From Squalus acanthias (lineage: Eukaryota), in contig CM059431.1 of assembly GCA_030390025.1 (NCBI GenBank), positions 97,714,001 through 97,778,000 on the forward strand: a stretch of 64,000 nucleotides of DNA. The letters run 5' to 3'. The notes below the pieces were generated by a model. That model worked only from the letters and a program-made list of their open reading frames with translations, was not told where the DNA came from and made no database searches. Shown one piece after another: positions 25,752 through 36,493 of the stretch. Both the position numbers and the translations under genes were made by a program. Every line of letters starts with the position of its first letter. The stretch's first letter is position 1.

Positions 25752-26590
25752 AGAAAGAAAGAAGAAAGACTTGCATTTATACAGCGCATTTATTCACGAC
25801 CTCAGGACAACCCAAAGCGCTTTGCAGCCAATGAAGTACTTTTTGGTATTCAGTCACTGTTTTAATGTAGGAAACACGGCAGCCAATTTGCGCACAGCAA
25901 GATCTCACAAACAGCAATGTGATACTGACCAGATCATCTGTTTACGCGATGTTGGTTGAGGGATAAATATTGGCCCCAGGACACTGGGGATAACTCCCCT
26001 GCTCTTCTTCGAATATTGGCATGGGACCTTTTACGTCCACCCGAGAGGGCAGATGGGGCCTCGGTTTAACGTCTCATCTGAAAGACGGCACTTCCGACAG
26101 TGCAGCGCTGCTTCAGTACTGCCCTCCGACAGTGCAGCACTCCCTCAGTACTGCTCCTCCAATAGTGCAGTGCTCCCTCAGTACTGCCCCTCCGACAGTG
26201 CAGCGCTCCCTCAGTACTGCCCCTCCGACAGTGCAGCGCTCCCTCAGTACTGCCCTTCCGACAGTGCAGCGCTCCCTCAGTATTGCCCCTCCGACAGTGC
26301 AGCGCTCCCTCAGTACTGCCCTTCCGACAGTGCAGCGCTCCCTCAGTACTGCCCCTCCGACAGTGCAGCGCTCCCTCAGTACTGACCCTCCGACAGTGCA
26401 GCGCTCCCTCAGTACTGCCCCTCCGACAGTACAGCACTCCCTCAGTACTGCCCCTCCGACAGTGCAGCACTCCCTCAGTACCGCACTGGGATTGTCAGCC
26501 TAGATTTTTGTGCTCAAGTCTCTGGAGTGGGACTTGAACCCACAACCTTCTGACTCAGAGGTGAGAGTGCTGCCCACTGAGCCACGGCTA
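25752..26590 (-). mobile_element. Full-length tRNA-derived Deu-domain-type SINE (SacSINE1-like) with internal 33-bp minisatellite (about 26095-26480)
   Basis: A box TGGCTCAGTGG, B box GGTTCAAGTCC, GATGAGACGTTAAACCGAGG core, L2-like 3' end and (TCTT)n tail. Confidence 0.85.
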
Positions 26591-26984
26591 AAGTTACAAC
26601 ACCCGGAGTGCAAAACCCACAAAGTGAAGCGGCATCTAGTTCAGCAGATCCTATTGCAGCACAATTTATTTCTCATCGCCTGTATAATAAATAAAAAGAC
26701 CAGTGAGTGAAAAAACCTCAAAGAAATGTAGCGTTTAATGTTGCCACCAACAATGTTCAAATACAGACGCCGAGAACAATGGAAATCATCTCGACTCAAC
26801 AATCAGCACCTTGAAAAATGCCCCAGTAACAACGACAACTTGTATTTGGTCAAAGAGGTAATCCAAGCTGGATTAATGAGGTGAACGGTGATGGTTGAAT
26901 AAAGCCGCACCGTGCACATTTCACCACAAAAGGGCAGCCACGCCAAAACAAAATCTCTAACAGAGGAAGAATTTCCTTTCATAT

Positions 26985-27220
26985 ACAACAACAGCTTATA
27001 TTTATATCGCACCTTTAATGTAGCAAAATGTCCCAAGGCGCTTCACAGGAGTGTTATAAGACACAAGTCTAAAAGTAACAAAGGCATGGATAAGGGTTTC
27101 AGCAGCGGATGAGCTGAGGCAGAGACGGAGACGGGCGATATTATGGAGGTGGAAATAGGCGGTCTTAGTTATTCTGCGAATATGTGGTCGGAAGCTCATT
27201 TTAGGGTCAAATATGACACA
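26985..27220 (-). mobile_element. L2 LINE 3' fragment with internal deletion
   Basis: ORF ITKTAYFHLHNIARLR..AAETLIHAFVT joined directly to the L2 tail; matches 49305-50040. Confidence 0.8.
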
Positions 27221-27297
27221 ATATATACACTAAAAACAACAAGCATGCCAATGACCAAACAACGGTGGCCTTCGGTATTCACTGCAACCACTTGGGT

Positions 27298-29869
27298 TAA
27301 GAACATAAGAAATAGGAGCAGGAGTAGGCCAATCGGCCCCTCGAGCCTGCTCCGCCATTCAATAAGATCATGGCTGATCTGATCCTAACCGCCAATCTAC
27401 TATCACAGAACCATCTCCTGCATCTAACAGAATTGCACACACGAAATAGGAGCAGAATCAGGCTACACGGTCCCTGGGCCCGCTCCACTACCCACAGGGC
27501 CATGACCGATCCGAACCTAGACTCATGTCCAAATTCCTGCCCGCTCCCCGTAACCCTTAATGCCCTTTACTTCTAGGAAACTGTCTATTTCTGTTTTAAA
27601 TTTATTTAATGATGTAGCTTCTACAGCTTTTTGTGGCAGCATATTCCATGGACCTACCACCCTCTGAGTGAAGTAGTTCCTCCTCATCTCAGTTTTGAAA
27701 GAGCAGCCCCTTATTCTAAGACTATGTCCCCTAGTTCTAGTCTCACCCGTCATCGGGAACATCCTCCCCGCATCCACCCGATCCAACCCCTTCACAATCT
27801 TATATGTTTCAATAAGATCGCCTCTCATTCTTCTGAACTCCAATGAGTAGAGTCCCAATCTACCCAACCTCTCCTCATATGACCACCCCCTCATCCCCGG
27901 GATTAACCGAGTGAACCTTTTTTGCACTGCCTCGAGAGCAAGGATGTCTTTCCTTAAGTAAGGACACCAAAACTGTATGCAGTATTCCAGGTGCGGTCTC
28001 ACCAATACCTTGTACAACTGAAGCAATACCTCCCTATTTTTATATTCTATCCCCCTAGCAATGAAAGCCAACATTCCATTTGCCTTCTTAATCACTTGCT
28101 GCACCTGCATACTAACCTTTTGAGTTTCGTGCACCAGGACTCCCAGATCCCTTTGCACTTCAGTACTCTCCAGTTTCTTGCCATTAAGATAATAAATTGC
28201 TCTAGGATTTTTCCTGCCAAAGTGCATCACCTCACACTTTCCAGTGTTGTATTCCATCTGCCAAATCTCTGCCCACTTACTTAGCCTGTCTATGTCCCCT
28301 TGCAGGTTTTTTATGTCCTCCTCACTCACTACTTTCCCTCCCATCTTAGTATCATCTGCAAATTTTGATATGTTACACTTGGTCCCTTCCTCCAAATCGT
28401 TAATATAGATTGTAAAGAGTTGGGGACCCAGCACTGACCCCTGCGGAACACCACTAGTTACTGATTGCCAGTCTGAGAATGAACCATTTATCCCAACTCT
28501 TTGCTTTCTGTTAGATAGCCAATCCTCTATCCATGCCAGAATATTAACCCCAATCCTGTGATTTTTTACCTTAAGCAATAATCTTTTGTGTGGCACCTTG
28601 TCAAATGCCTTTTGGAAGTCTAAATACACTACGTCTACTGGTTCCCCTTTATCCACTCTATATGTTACTTCCTCAAAGAACTCCAGCAAATTTGTCAAAC
28701 ATGACTTCCCCTTCGTAAAACCATGCTGACTTTGTCCTATTAAATTATGATTATCCAAATGTCCTGTTACTGTTTCCTTAATAATGGACTCCAAAATTTT
28801 ACCTACCACAGATGTTAGGCTAACCGGTCTATAGTTACCAGCCTTCTGTCTACTGCCCTTTTTAAATAAGGGTGTTACATTAGCAGTTTTCCAGTCTGCC
28901 GGGACCTTAGCGGAATCCAGGGAGTTTTGAAAAATTATTACCAATGCATCTACAATCCCTACCGCCACTTCCTTCAAGACTCTAGGATGTAAGCCATCAG
29001 GTCCAGGTGATTTATCCGCCTTGAGTCCCATTATTTTACCGAGTACCACTTCCTTAGTGATTTTGATCGTGTTTAGCTCCTCTCCCCCTATAGCCCCCTG
29101 TTTGTCCAGTGTTGGGATATTCTTAGTGTCCTCTACTGTAAAGACTGATACAAAATATTCATTCAGTGTTTTTGCCATCTCCATATTTCCCACCATTAAT
29201 TTCCCGGTCTCATCCTCTAAGGGACCAACATTTACTTTAGCCACCCTTTTTCTTTTTATATAACTATAAAAACTCTTACTATCTGTTTTTATATTTTTTG
29301 CTAATTTACTTTCATAATCTATCTTCCCTTTCTTAATCAATCTTTTTGTTATTTTTTGCTGTCTTTTAAAGTTTTCCCAATCCTCTATCCTCCCACTAGA
29401 TTTGGCTACCTTATAGGCCCTTGTTTTTAGTCGAATACTATCCTTAATTTCTTTACTTAGCCACGGATGACTGTCCTTTCTTTTACACCCTTTTCTTTTC
29501 AGTGGAATATATATTTTTTGGAAGTTGTAAAATAACTCCTTGAATGTACACCACTGATCATGTGTCGCCTTACCCTTTAATCTATTTTCCCAATCCACTC
29601 TACTCAATTCCGCTCGCATACCTTCATAGTCTCCTTTATTCAAGCTTAGCACGCTTGTTTGAGATCCAACCTTCTCACCCTCTAATTGAATATGGAATTC
29701 AACCATGTTATGGTCACTCATTCCAAGGGGATCCTTTACTAGGACATTTTTAATTAATCCTGTCTCGTTACACAGGACCAGATCTAAGGTTGCTTGCCCC
29801 CTGGTCGGTTCAGTTACATACTGCTCAAGAAACCCATCCCTAATACACTCAATGAACTCATCCTCAAGG
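27298..29869 (-). mobile_element. CR1 family B copy in the ING1 intron, uninterrupted ORF2 remnant
   Basis: ORF 27523-29922 (799 aa), nearly identical to 3869-5737 over the shared part. Confidence 0.95.
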
Positions 29870-30164
29870 TTCAAATTAAGAAACATAAACATTAAATCTA
29901 AAAGCTGAGAATACAAAAGCATAAACTTTTATGATGATTTTGCTCATAAATACTTAATGGAAAATGTTTTCAAAAGTGAGAACCTGTAATCCTGTTTATT
30001 ATCTATCGTCAGTTCCAAATCGCACCATCAGTAAGTTCTGATTCAGACTCCAGTGCGAGACGTGTGCTTTATTAGCAACTATGACCAATTATTAATCCCA
30101 ATGCTCTGAAACTCCCCCCTCAAGCAGGCGAGGGTTTTGATGCTTCCTCTCTGTTTCACAGATT

Positions 30165-30850
30165 GCAGGGGTCCTGGTACATAGATCATTAAAATGTCAT
30201 GAACAGGTACAGAAAATAATCAAAAAGGCTAATGGGATGCTGGCCTTTATATCTAGAGGACTAGAATACAAGGGGATTGAAGTTATGCTTCAGCTATACA
30301 AAGCCCTGGTTAGACCACACCTGGAGTACTGTGAGCAGTTCTGGGCACCACACCTTCGGAAGGATATATTGGCCTTGGAGGGAGTGCAGCGCAGGTTTAC
30401 CAAAATGATACCCAGACTTCGAGGGTTAAGTTATGAGGAGAGATTACACAAACTAACGTTGTATTCCCTAGAATTTAGATGGTTAAGGAGTGATCTGATC
30501 GAAGTTTTCAAGATATTAAGAGGAACAGATAGGGTCGATAGAGAGAAACTATTTCCGCTGGTTGGTGATTCTAGGACTAGGGGGGCATAGTCTAAAAATT
30601 AGAGCCAGACCTTTTCAGGAGTGAAGTTAGGAAACACTTCTACACACAAAGGGTGGTAGAAGTTTGGAACTCTCTTCCGCAAACGGCAATTGTTAATTTT
30701 AAATCGGAGATTGATAGCTTTCTGTTAACCAAAGGTATTAAGGGATATGGGCCAAAGGCGGGTAAATTGAGTTGGGTCACAGATCAGCCACGATCTCATT
30801 GGATGGCAAAACAGGTTCGAGGGGCTGAACGGCCTCCTCCGGTTCCTCTC
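30165..30850 (+). mobile_element. Old CR1 3' fragment
   Basis: ORF 30237-30590 (LVRPHLEYC..); CR1 tail. Confidence 0.85.
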
Positions 30851-30999
30851 TATGGGAGCAGCCAACCTGGCAGGAGCTGCTGCTGGAGATTGTGATCCAT
30901 GGCCAGGCCCCAGAGATCAAACCGCAGGCTCTGGGATTGTGGAGGCCACACACACAAAGTGCATTACTGGGGCGGACAGAAGCTGGCGGCAGTGCGTCT

Positions 31000-31500
31000 C
31001 CAACACACTCTCTGACCCAGTCTTTCGGCGACAAACTAAATGCAGCCAATCGGATATGCACATGAGCCGGGCCCGTATCCAGCGGCCGGAGCGCCGGATT
31101 TTGGCGGCTGTGAGCGAAGCGGCGGCCGGGGCCTAAAATGGAGCCGGAAGAGGCGGCAGGGGCGGGGCCTGCCGAAGCCCGTCTCCCCCCCTGCCCCGAC
31201 TGACAGACCGCCCGCCCAATCAGCGCTCGAGCCGCCCACAGGAGCATCCGGCCAATCAGAGCGCGGCGCACCGCCCTCCTCTCCCTGCTGACTGGCAGGC
31301 GCGGCGGCTAATCAGGAGGCGCGGGGCAGCGTCCCGCCTTCCACCTTACCGTCAGTGACTGGCAGGCAGCACGGCCAATCAGGAGGCGCGGCGTAGGGAA
31401 CATGGAATCGGGGCGGCCAATGAGCGGAGCGGAGGCGGGCCTATGCTAATACGGGACGGGGACTATAAGAGGGCTAGCGGCGCGGCAGCGGGGCTCCAGT
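31000..31500. promoter_or_regulatory. Intronic CpG promoter in ING1 intron 1
   Basis: Four CCAAT boxes plus one CTAAT variant at 31216-31421, ATGCTAAT 31443, TATAAGA 31464, GC boxes, CCGGAAG 31144. Confidence 0.6.
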
Positions 31501-32060
31501 CAGAGCGGGGCAGCGGTGAGAGTGGAGGGAGAGCGCTCCGGCTCGACCCGGAGCACCCAGTCCAATCCAATCTTAACTTTCACCCCGGATCCCCTGTCTC
31601 TCTCTCTCCCCGGCCCCCCGCACACTCTCGGCCAACAGCCCGGCTCCAATGGCCCCTCCACCCGGGGGAGGGCCGGCCTCCTTCTACCCCCCGGCCCCGC
31701 TCTCCCTCCCCGGGGGTTGGGCTCTCCCTCTCGCCTTCCCACCCCCGCCCCGGTGACTCTATGTTCCCCCTTTAAAGCGGCTCCGGGAGCGGCGGGGGAT
31801 GAGGGAGATCCCAGTCCCGGGGGCCGGGCCCCCCTCCACCACCCAACAACTCACAAACCACCAGCCGGAGCCGCCTACTGACACTCGGGGCCGGGGAGCG
31901 GCCGCAGCCCTCCCCGGGCTCCACATTTACCCCTCTTTCTGTCAAAATGGCTGGTGTTCTGAAGCTGATCTTTTGTTCCGCCCCAGCACTGACGCTGCAC
32001 TCTCTCCCTGTGTGTGTGTGTGTGTGAGATGAATGATCTTGCAGCCCCCGGGCTCCTTAC

Positions 32061-32196
32061 CTTGGTATTTTGCATCGATTTCCCTCATCAGAGACACGTT
32101 CCTCTGGAGATCAAAAGGCAGAGACTCGATGGAATCCAAATAGTCCTCCACATAGCTCACAACCTGCGTCTGCTCCCCGTTCGCAGGACTCAGCAT
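32061..32196 (-). CDS. ING1: Inhibitor of growth protein 1, coding exon 1 (p33ING1b-type N-terminus)
   Basis: MLSPANGEQTQVVSYVEDYLDSIESLPFDLQRNVSLMREIDAKYQ; donor AAG|GTAAGG at 32061/32060. Confidence 0.97.
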
Positions 32197-32549
32197 CTTG
32201 CAAGCTACATTTGTTGATGTGTTGGGGAAGGAGGGGAGGGGAGCGGAGGCAGACTTTCTCTCTCTCTCTCTCTCTTTCTGCTACAAGTGCAAGGTTTGCA
32301 CCTCCTCCTGCTGCTGCTCACTCTTGATTTTTAACAATAAAATGCAGAGGCTGAGTGGGCAGGGCCGGGCAGGGGCCCCCTCTCCCCACACACACACACA
32401 CACACGGTGGAGCGGCGGCGGCTGCGGGGTGCAGGCGGGCCCCGCTCTGGCTGGCCTGGCTTGGCTTGGCCGGCACAGTGCGATCCCGGCACTGGCACTG
32501 GCTCCGGGCTCTGGATCCAGCGTGGACACTCCGGCCCGGGGAGAGACTG

Positions 32550-33658
32550 GGCCGCACCGCGCCTGCGCGCCCGCCGCCCAGCCAGCCCCGCCCCGCTCAT
32601 TACCATACCATTGTGACGTCGCCGCCCCGCTTTCTTCTATTTCCAGCCGATCTCTTTTTTTTCTTCTTTCCACGCCCCCCACCTCCGGATCTTTCAGCCG
32701 CACTTTTCCCTTAAAAAGTAGATTCGGCTGCGCTTTGCCCGACAAAAAAAAATTCAAACCCCCTTCAGCTGTTATTTAGTGATTGACGTGGCATTTCGCC
32801 CAATCACATCGCGCCTCAGGGAAAGTTCCGAGCAATCAGCGCTGCCGGGAGGCGGGATCTCCTCGTTCAATTTTTATTTAGTGATTGACGTGGGGTTTGG
32901 TCCAATCACACCTCGCCTCCGGGAAGTTTGGGACCAATCGGCGGTGCCCGGGAGGCAGGACCTCGCCCTCCCATCCAACGGCGGGTTGTCAACAGCCCAA
33001 CCGCACGGGACTGCGCAGGCGCGGCCGCGGGGCCCGCTGGGAGTTGGAGTCCGCTGCCTGGCCGGCGCCCCTTGACAAGCCGGAGCGGAAAGACTACACC
33101 TTCCAGCAGGCAGCGCGCCGGCCCGGTTTGAAATTAGCGGGCGGGCGGTTCAAAGGTCTGCGCTGGCAGCCACCTCCAGCTCAGAGACCGGGGTGGGGGA
33201 GGGGATGCAGCGTTGCTATGGAGCCGCCCGTTGCTAGGCTGTTAAAAGAATTCCCAGGCCACAGCCGTCCGATTTATTTTGTACCGGGGGGGGGCGTCGG
33301 TCACCCCTCGAGCTTCGCCATCTCCACTCCCGACCCCGTGCCCTCTCCTGTTCTAGGGGTAGAGGTGGCAGCAACTCCCCCCCCTGGGGCCCCGGTGATG
33401 CGGTAAGCCGTGATGGACGGCGGCTGGGATGGAGGGCGGGGCTAGTGTGGGGTAGGGCGGGGCTAGTGGGGGCGGAGCCGGGGCTGGTGGGGGCGGAGCC
33501 AGCGTGTGGGGGAGCTCGGATGGATGCAGGGGCGGAGCTAGGGCAAGGGGCGGGGCCAGGTCGGTCCTCTAGCCCCGCCTCTTGCGGCGCCGCCATTTCG
33601 GAGCGCGGCCTAGTCCATAGGCTGCCAGCACGAGTGTCGCTTGGCCCCGGCTCCCAGG
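32550..33658. promoter_or_regulatory. Bidirectional ING1/CARS2 CpG-island promoter
   Basis: CpG-rich; TGACGTC near 32614, CCAAT boxes, GGGCGG array 33430-33560, CGCCATTT (YY1-like) near 33590, X-box-like GTTGCTATGG 33212. Confidence 0.8.
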
Positions 33659-33885
33659 ATGAGGACGCTGCTGGCCGGCTGGAGCTTGGCCGCATGGCGT
33701 CAGCTGAGCGGGGCGACGGTCCGCGGCTGCGCCTCGGGCTCGGCGCTGCCGGGCGGCTGTGGTGCGAAGGAGCAGCGGCGCGGCTGGCAGCAACCGAGGG
33801 GGCACCCCGCCGGCCTGCGGGTCTACAACAGCCTGACGCGGAGCAAAGAGCCGCTAGTGCTCGCCGAGCCGGCCACTGCCTCCTG
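33659..33885 (+). CDS. CARS2: Mitochondrial cysteinyl-tRNA synthetase, coding exon 1 (targeting peptide + start of catalytic domain)
   Basis: MRTLLAGWSLAAWRQ..GWQQPRG..GLRVYNSLTRSKEPLVLAEPATASW; Arg-rich, acid-poor N-terminus; head-to-head with ING1 as in human; donor TG|GTACAG. Confidence 0.9.
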
Positions 33886-33937
33886 GTACAGCGCTCTTCA
33901 AACTATTCCCATCCCGCGGCGGCAGGCCCGCACCCCC

Positions 33938-34838
33938 GGCCTGGCTCAATGGACAACACCCTCGCCTCTGGGGCAGAGGGTCGTGGGTTCAAGTCCCACT
34001 CCAGAGACTTGAGCACAAAATCCAGGCTGACACTCCCAGTGCGGCGCTCCCTCAGTACTGCCCTTCCGACAGTGCTGCGCACCCTCAGTACTGCCCCTCC
34101 GACAGTGCGGCACTCCCTCAGCGCTGCCCCTCCGACAGTGCGGCCCTCCAACAGTGCGGCACTCCCTCAGTGCTGCCCCTCCGACAGTGCGGCGCTCCCT
34201 CAGTACTGCCCCTCCGACAGTGCGGCACTCCCTCAGTACTGCCCCTCCGACAGTGCGGCACTCCCTCAGCACTGCCCCTCCGACAGTGCGGCACTCCCTC
34301 AGCGCTGCCCCTCCGACAGTGCGGCACTCCCTCTACTGCCCCTCCGACAGTGCGGCACTCCCTCAGTACTGCCCCTCCGACAGTGCGGCACTCCCTCAGT
34401 ACTGCCCCTCCGACAGTGCGGCACTCCCTCAGTACTGCCCCTCCGACAGTGCGGCACTCCCTCAGTACTGCCCCTCCGACAGTGCGGCACTCCCTCAGCG
34501 CTTCCCCTCCGACAGTGCGGCGCTCCCTCAGCGCTGCCCCTCCGACAGTGCAGCACTCCCTCAGTACTGCCCCTCCGACAGTGCGGCGCTCCCTCAGTAC
34601 TGCCCCTCCGACAGTGCGGCGCTCCCTCAGTACTGCCCCTCCGACAGTGCGGCGCTCCCTCAGTACTGCCCCTCCGACAGTGCAGCGCTCCCTCAGTACT
34701 GCCCCTCCGACAGTGCGGCGCTCCCTCAGCACTGCACCCGGAATGTCAGCCTGGATTGTGGGCTCGAGTGTCTGGAGTGGGTATTGAATCCACAACCTTC
34801 TGACTCAGTCAAGAAGGCTACCCACTGAGCCACGGCTG
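33938..34838. repeat. 33-bp minisatellite (about 34037-34735) bracketed by two inverted SINE tRNA heads
   Basis: Plus head 33938-34040 and minus head 34735-34838; unit CCCTCCGACAGTGCGGCACTCCCTCAGTACTGC. Confidence 0.85.
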
Positions 34839-36450
34839 GTACCTATTTAAATTTTTCTTTATTACGGTTCATTTAGGCTTTTTCAAAATAGTTTATATAT
34901 TTTTTTGTAAGTTTGAAGCCATTAAGTGAGTTAGATTGGGGAAGTAGGCAAGGCAGTATTTGCAAGCTTGCAGTGCCAGTAGCAAACACACGTTTTAGAG
35001 GAAACACTTTCTCGTTGTTGTGATGAATTGACCAGTGAACGTTAAGGCTTTTGATGCCTGTCACGGTGTCACTTCTATTGCAGAGGCAGTGTGAATGGAT
35101 AATGCAAATATCGTCATTTTACACTCGTATAGGATAGTTCTGCACTTTGTCTAACATCAAGCAATTGTCTGTCAGTTAATTTGCAGTAAAAATTATTTTG
35201 AGTGAATAGCTTAACTGCCTTATGTAACAGTTTTGCCTCAAAGTCATGGAGATTTCCACGAGTTAAATGGTGATGAGGGTCAGGGAAAGAAGTGTTGAAC
35301 ACAATGTAAAAGGGATACCCGTACATAAGAAATAGGAGCAGGTGTAGGCCATTCGGCCCCTCTTAGCCTGCTCCGCCATTCTGATCTTGGCCTCAAAGCC
35401 ACTTCCCTGCCCGCTTCCTTAACCCTTAATTCCCCTGTTTTTCAAATATCTGTCTATCTCCACTTTGAATATATTCAATGACCCAGCCTCCACAGCTCTC
35501 TGGGGTGGAGGATTCCAAAGATTCACAACCCTCTGAGAGAAGAAATTCCTCCTCATCTCTGTTTTAAATGGGCGACCCCTTATTCTGAAACTATGCCCCC
35601 TAGTTCTAGATTCCCCCACGAGGGGGAACATCCTCCCTGCATCTACCCTGTCAAGCCCCCTCAGAATCTTATGTTTCAATAAGATCACCTCTCATTCTTC
35701 TAAACTCCAATGAGTATAGGCTCAACCTTTCCTCATAAGACAACCCCTTCAACTCAGGAATCAACCTAGTGAACCTTCTCTGAACTGCCTCCAATGCAAG
35801 TATATCCTTCCTTAAATAAGGAGCCCAAAACTGTACGCAGTACTCCAGGTGTGGTCTCACCAGCGCCCTGTACAATTGTAGCAAGACTTCCCTACTTTTA
35901 TACTCCATCCCCCTTGCAATAAAGGCCAATATTCCATTTGCCTTCCTAATTACTTGCTGTACCTGCATGCTAACTTTTTGTGTTTCATGTACGAGGTCAC
36001 CCAGATCACTCTGTACCTCAGCATTCTGTCATCTCTCTCCATTTAAATAATATTTTACTTTTTTATTCTTCCTACCTCACATTTTCCCACATTATACTCC
36101 ATCTGCCAAATTTTTGCCCACCCGCTTAACCTATCTATATCCCTTTGCAGACTCTTTGTGTCCTCCTCACAACTTGCTTTCCCACCTATCTTTGTATCGT
36201 CAGCAAATTTGGCAACAGTACACTTGGTCCCTTCATCCAAGTCATTAATACAGATTGTAAATAGTTGAGGCCCCAGCACTGATCCCTGTGGCACCCCACT
36301 AGTTACAGTTTGCTAACCTGAAAATGACCCATTTATCCCGACTCTCTGTTTTCTGTTAGTTATGATGCGGAGATGCCGGTGTTGGACTGGGGTGGACAAA
36401 ATTGAGAGGTCGCACAACACCAGGTTATAGTCCAACAGTTTTATTTTAAA

Positions 36451-36493
36451 TCACAAGCTTTCGGAGTTAAAACTCCTTCGTCGGGGGAAGTGA
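36451..36493 (-). ncRNA. Minimal hammerhead-ribozyme-like motif (left Penelope arm)
   Basis: Reverse complement of the motif at 38010-38053. Confidence 0.55.

Noticed and set aside
25014..25865. 283-aa plus-strand ORF
   Set aside because: Antisense shadow of GC-rich ING1 exon 2
26095..26480. CRISPR-like regular repeats
   Set aside because: Head-to-tail units with no unique spacers, in a eukaryotic SINE context
26520..26590. Functional tRNA genes at SINE heads (also 20945, 33938, 34770)
   Set aside because: No complete cloverleaf; they are embedded in repeat bodies
30777..33695. Many overlapping Pro/Gly/Arg-rich ORFs
   Set aside because: Expected in a CpG island; no recognisable domains apart from ING1 and CARS2 exon 1
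33445..34828. Long ORFs of (STAPPTVRHSL)n / (QYCPSDSAALP)n type, also at 26021, 52126 and 56395
   Set aside because: Products of a 33-bp unit lacking stops in most frames; no evidence of a gene
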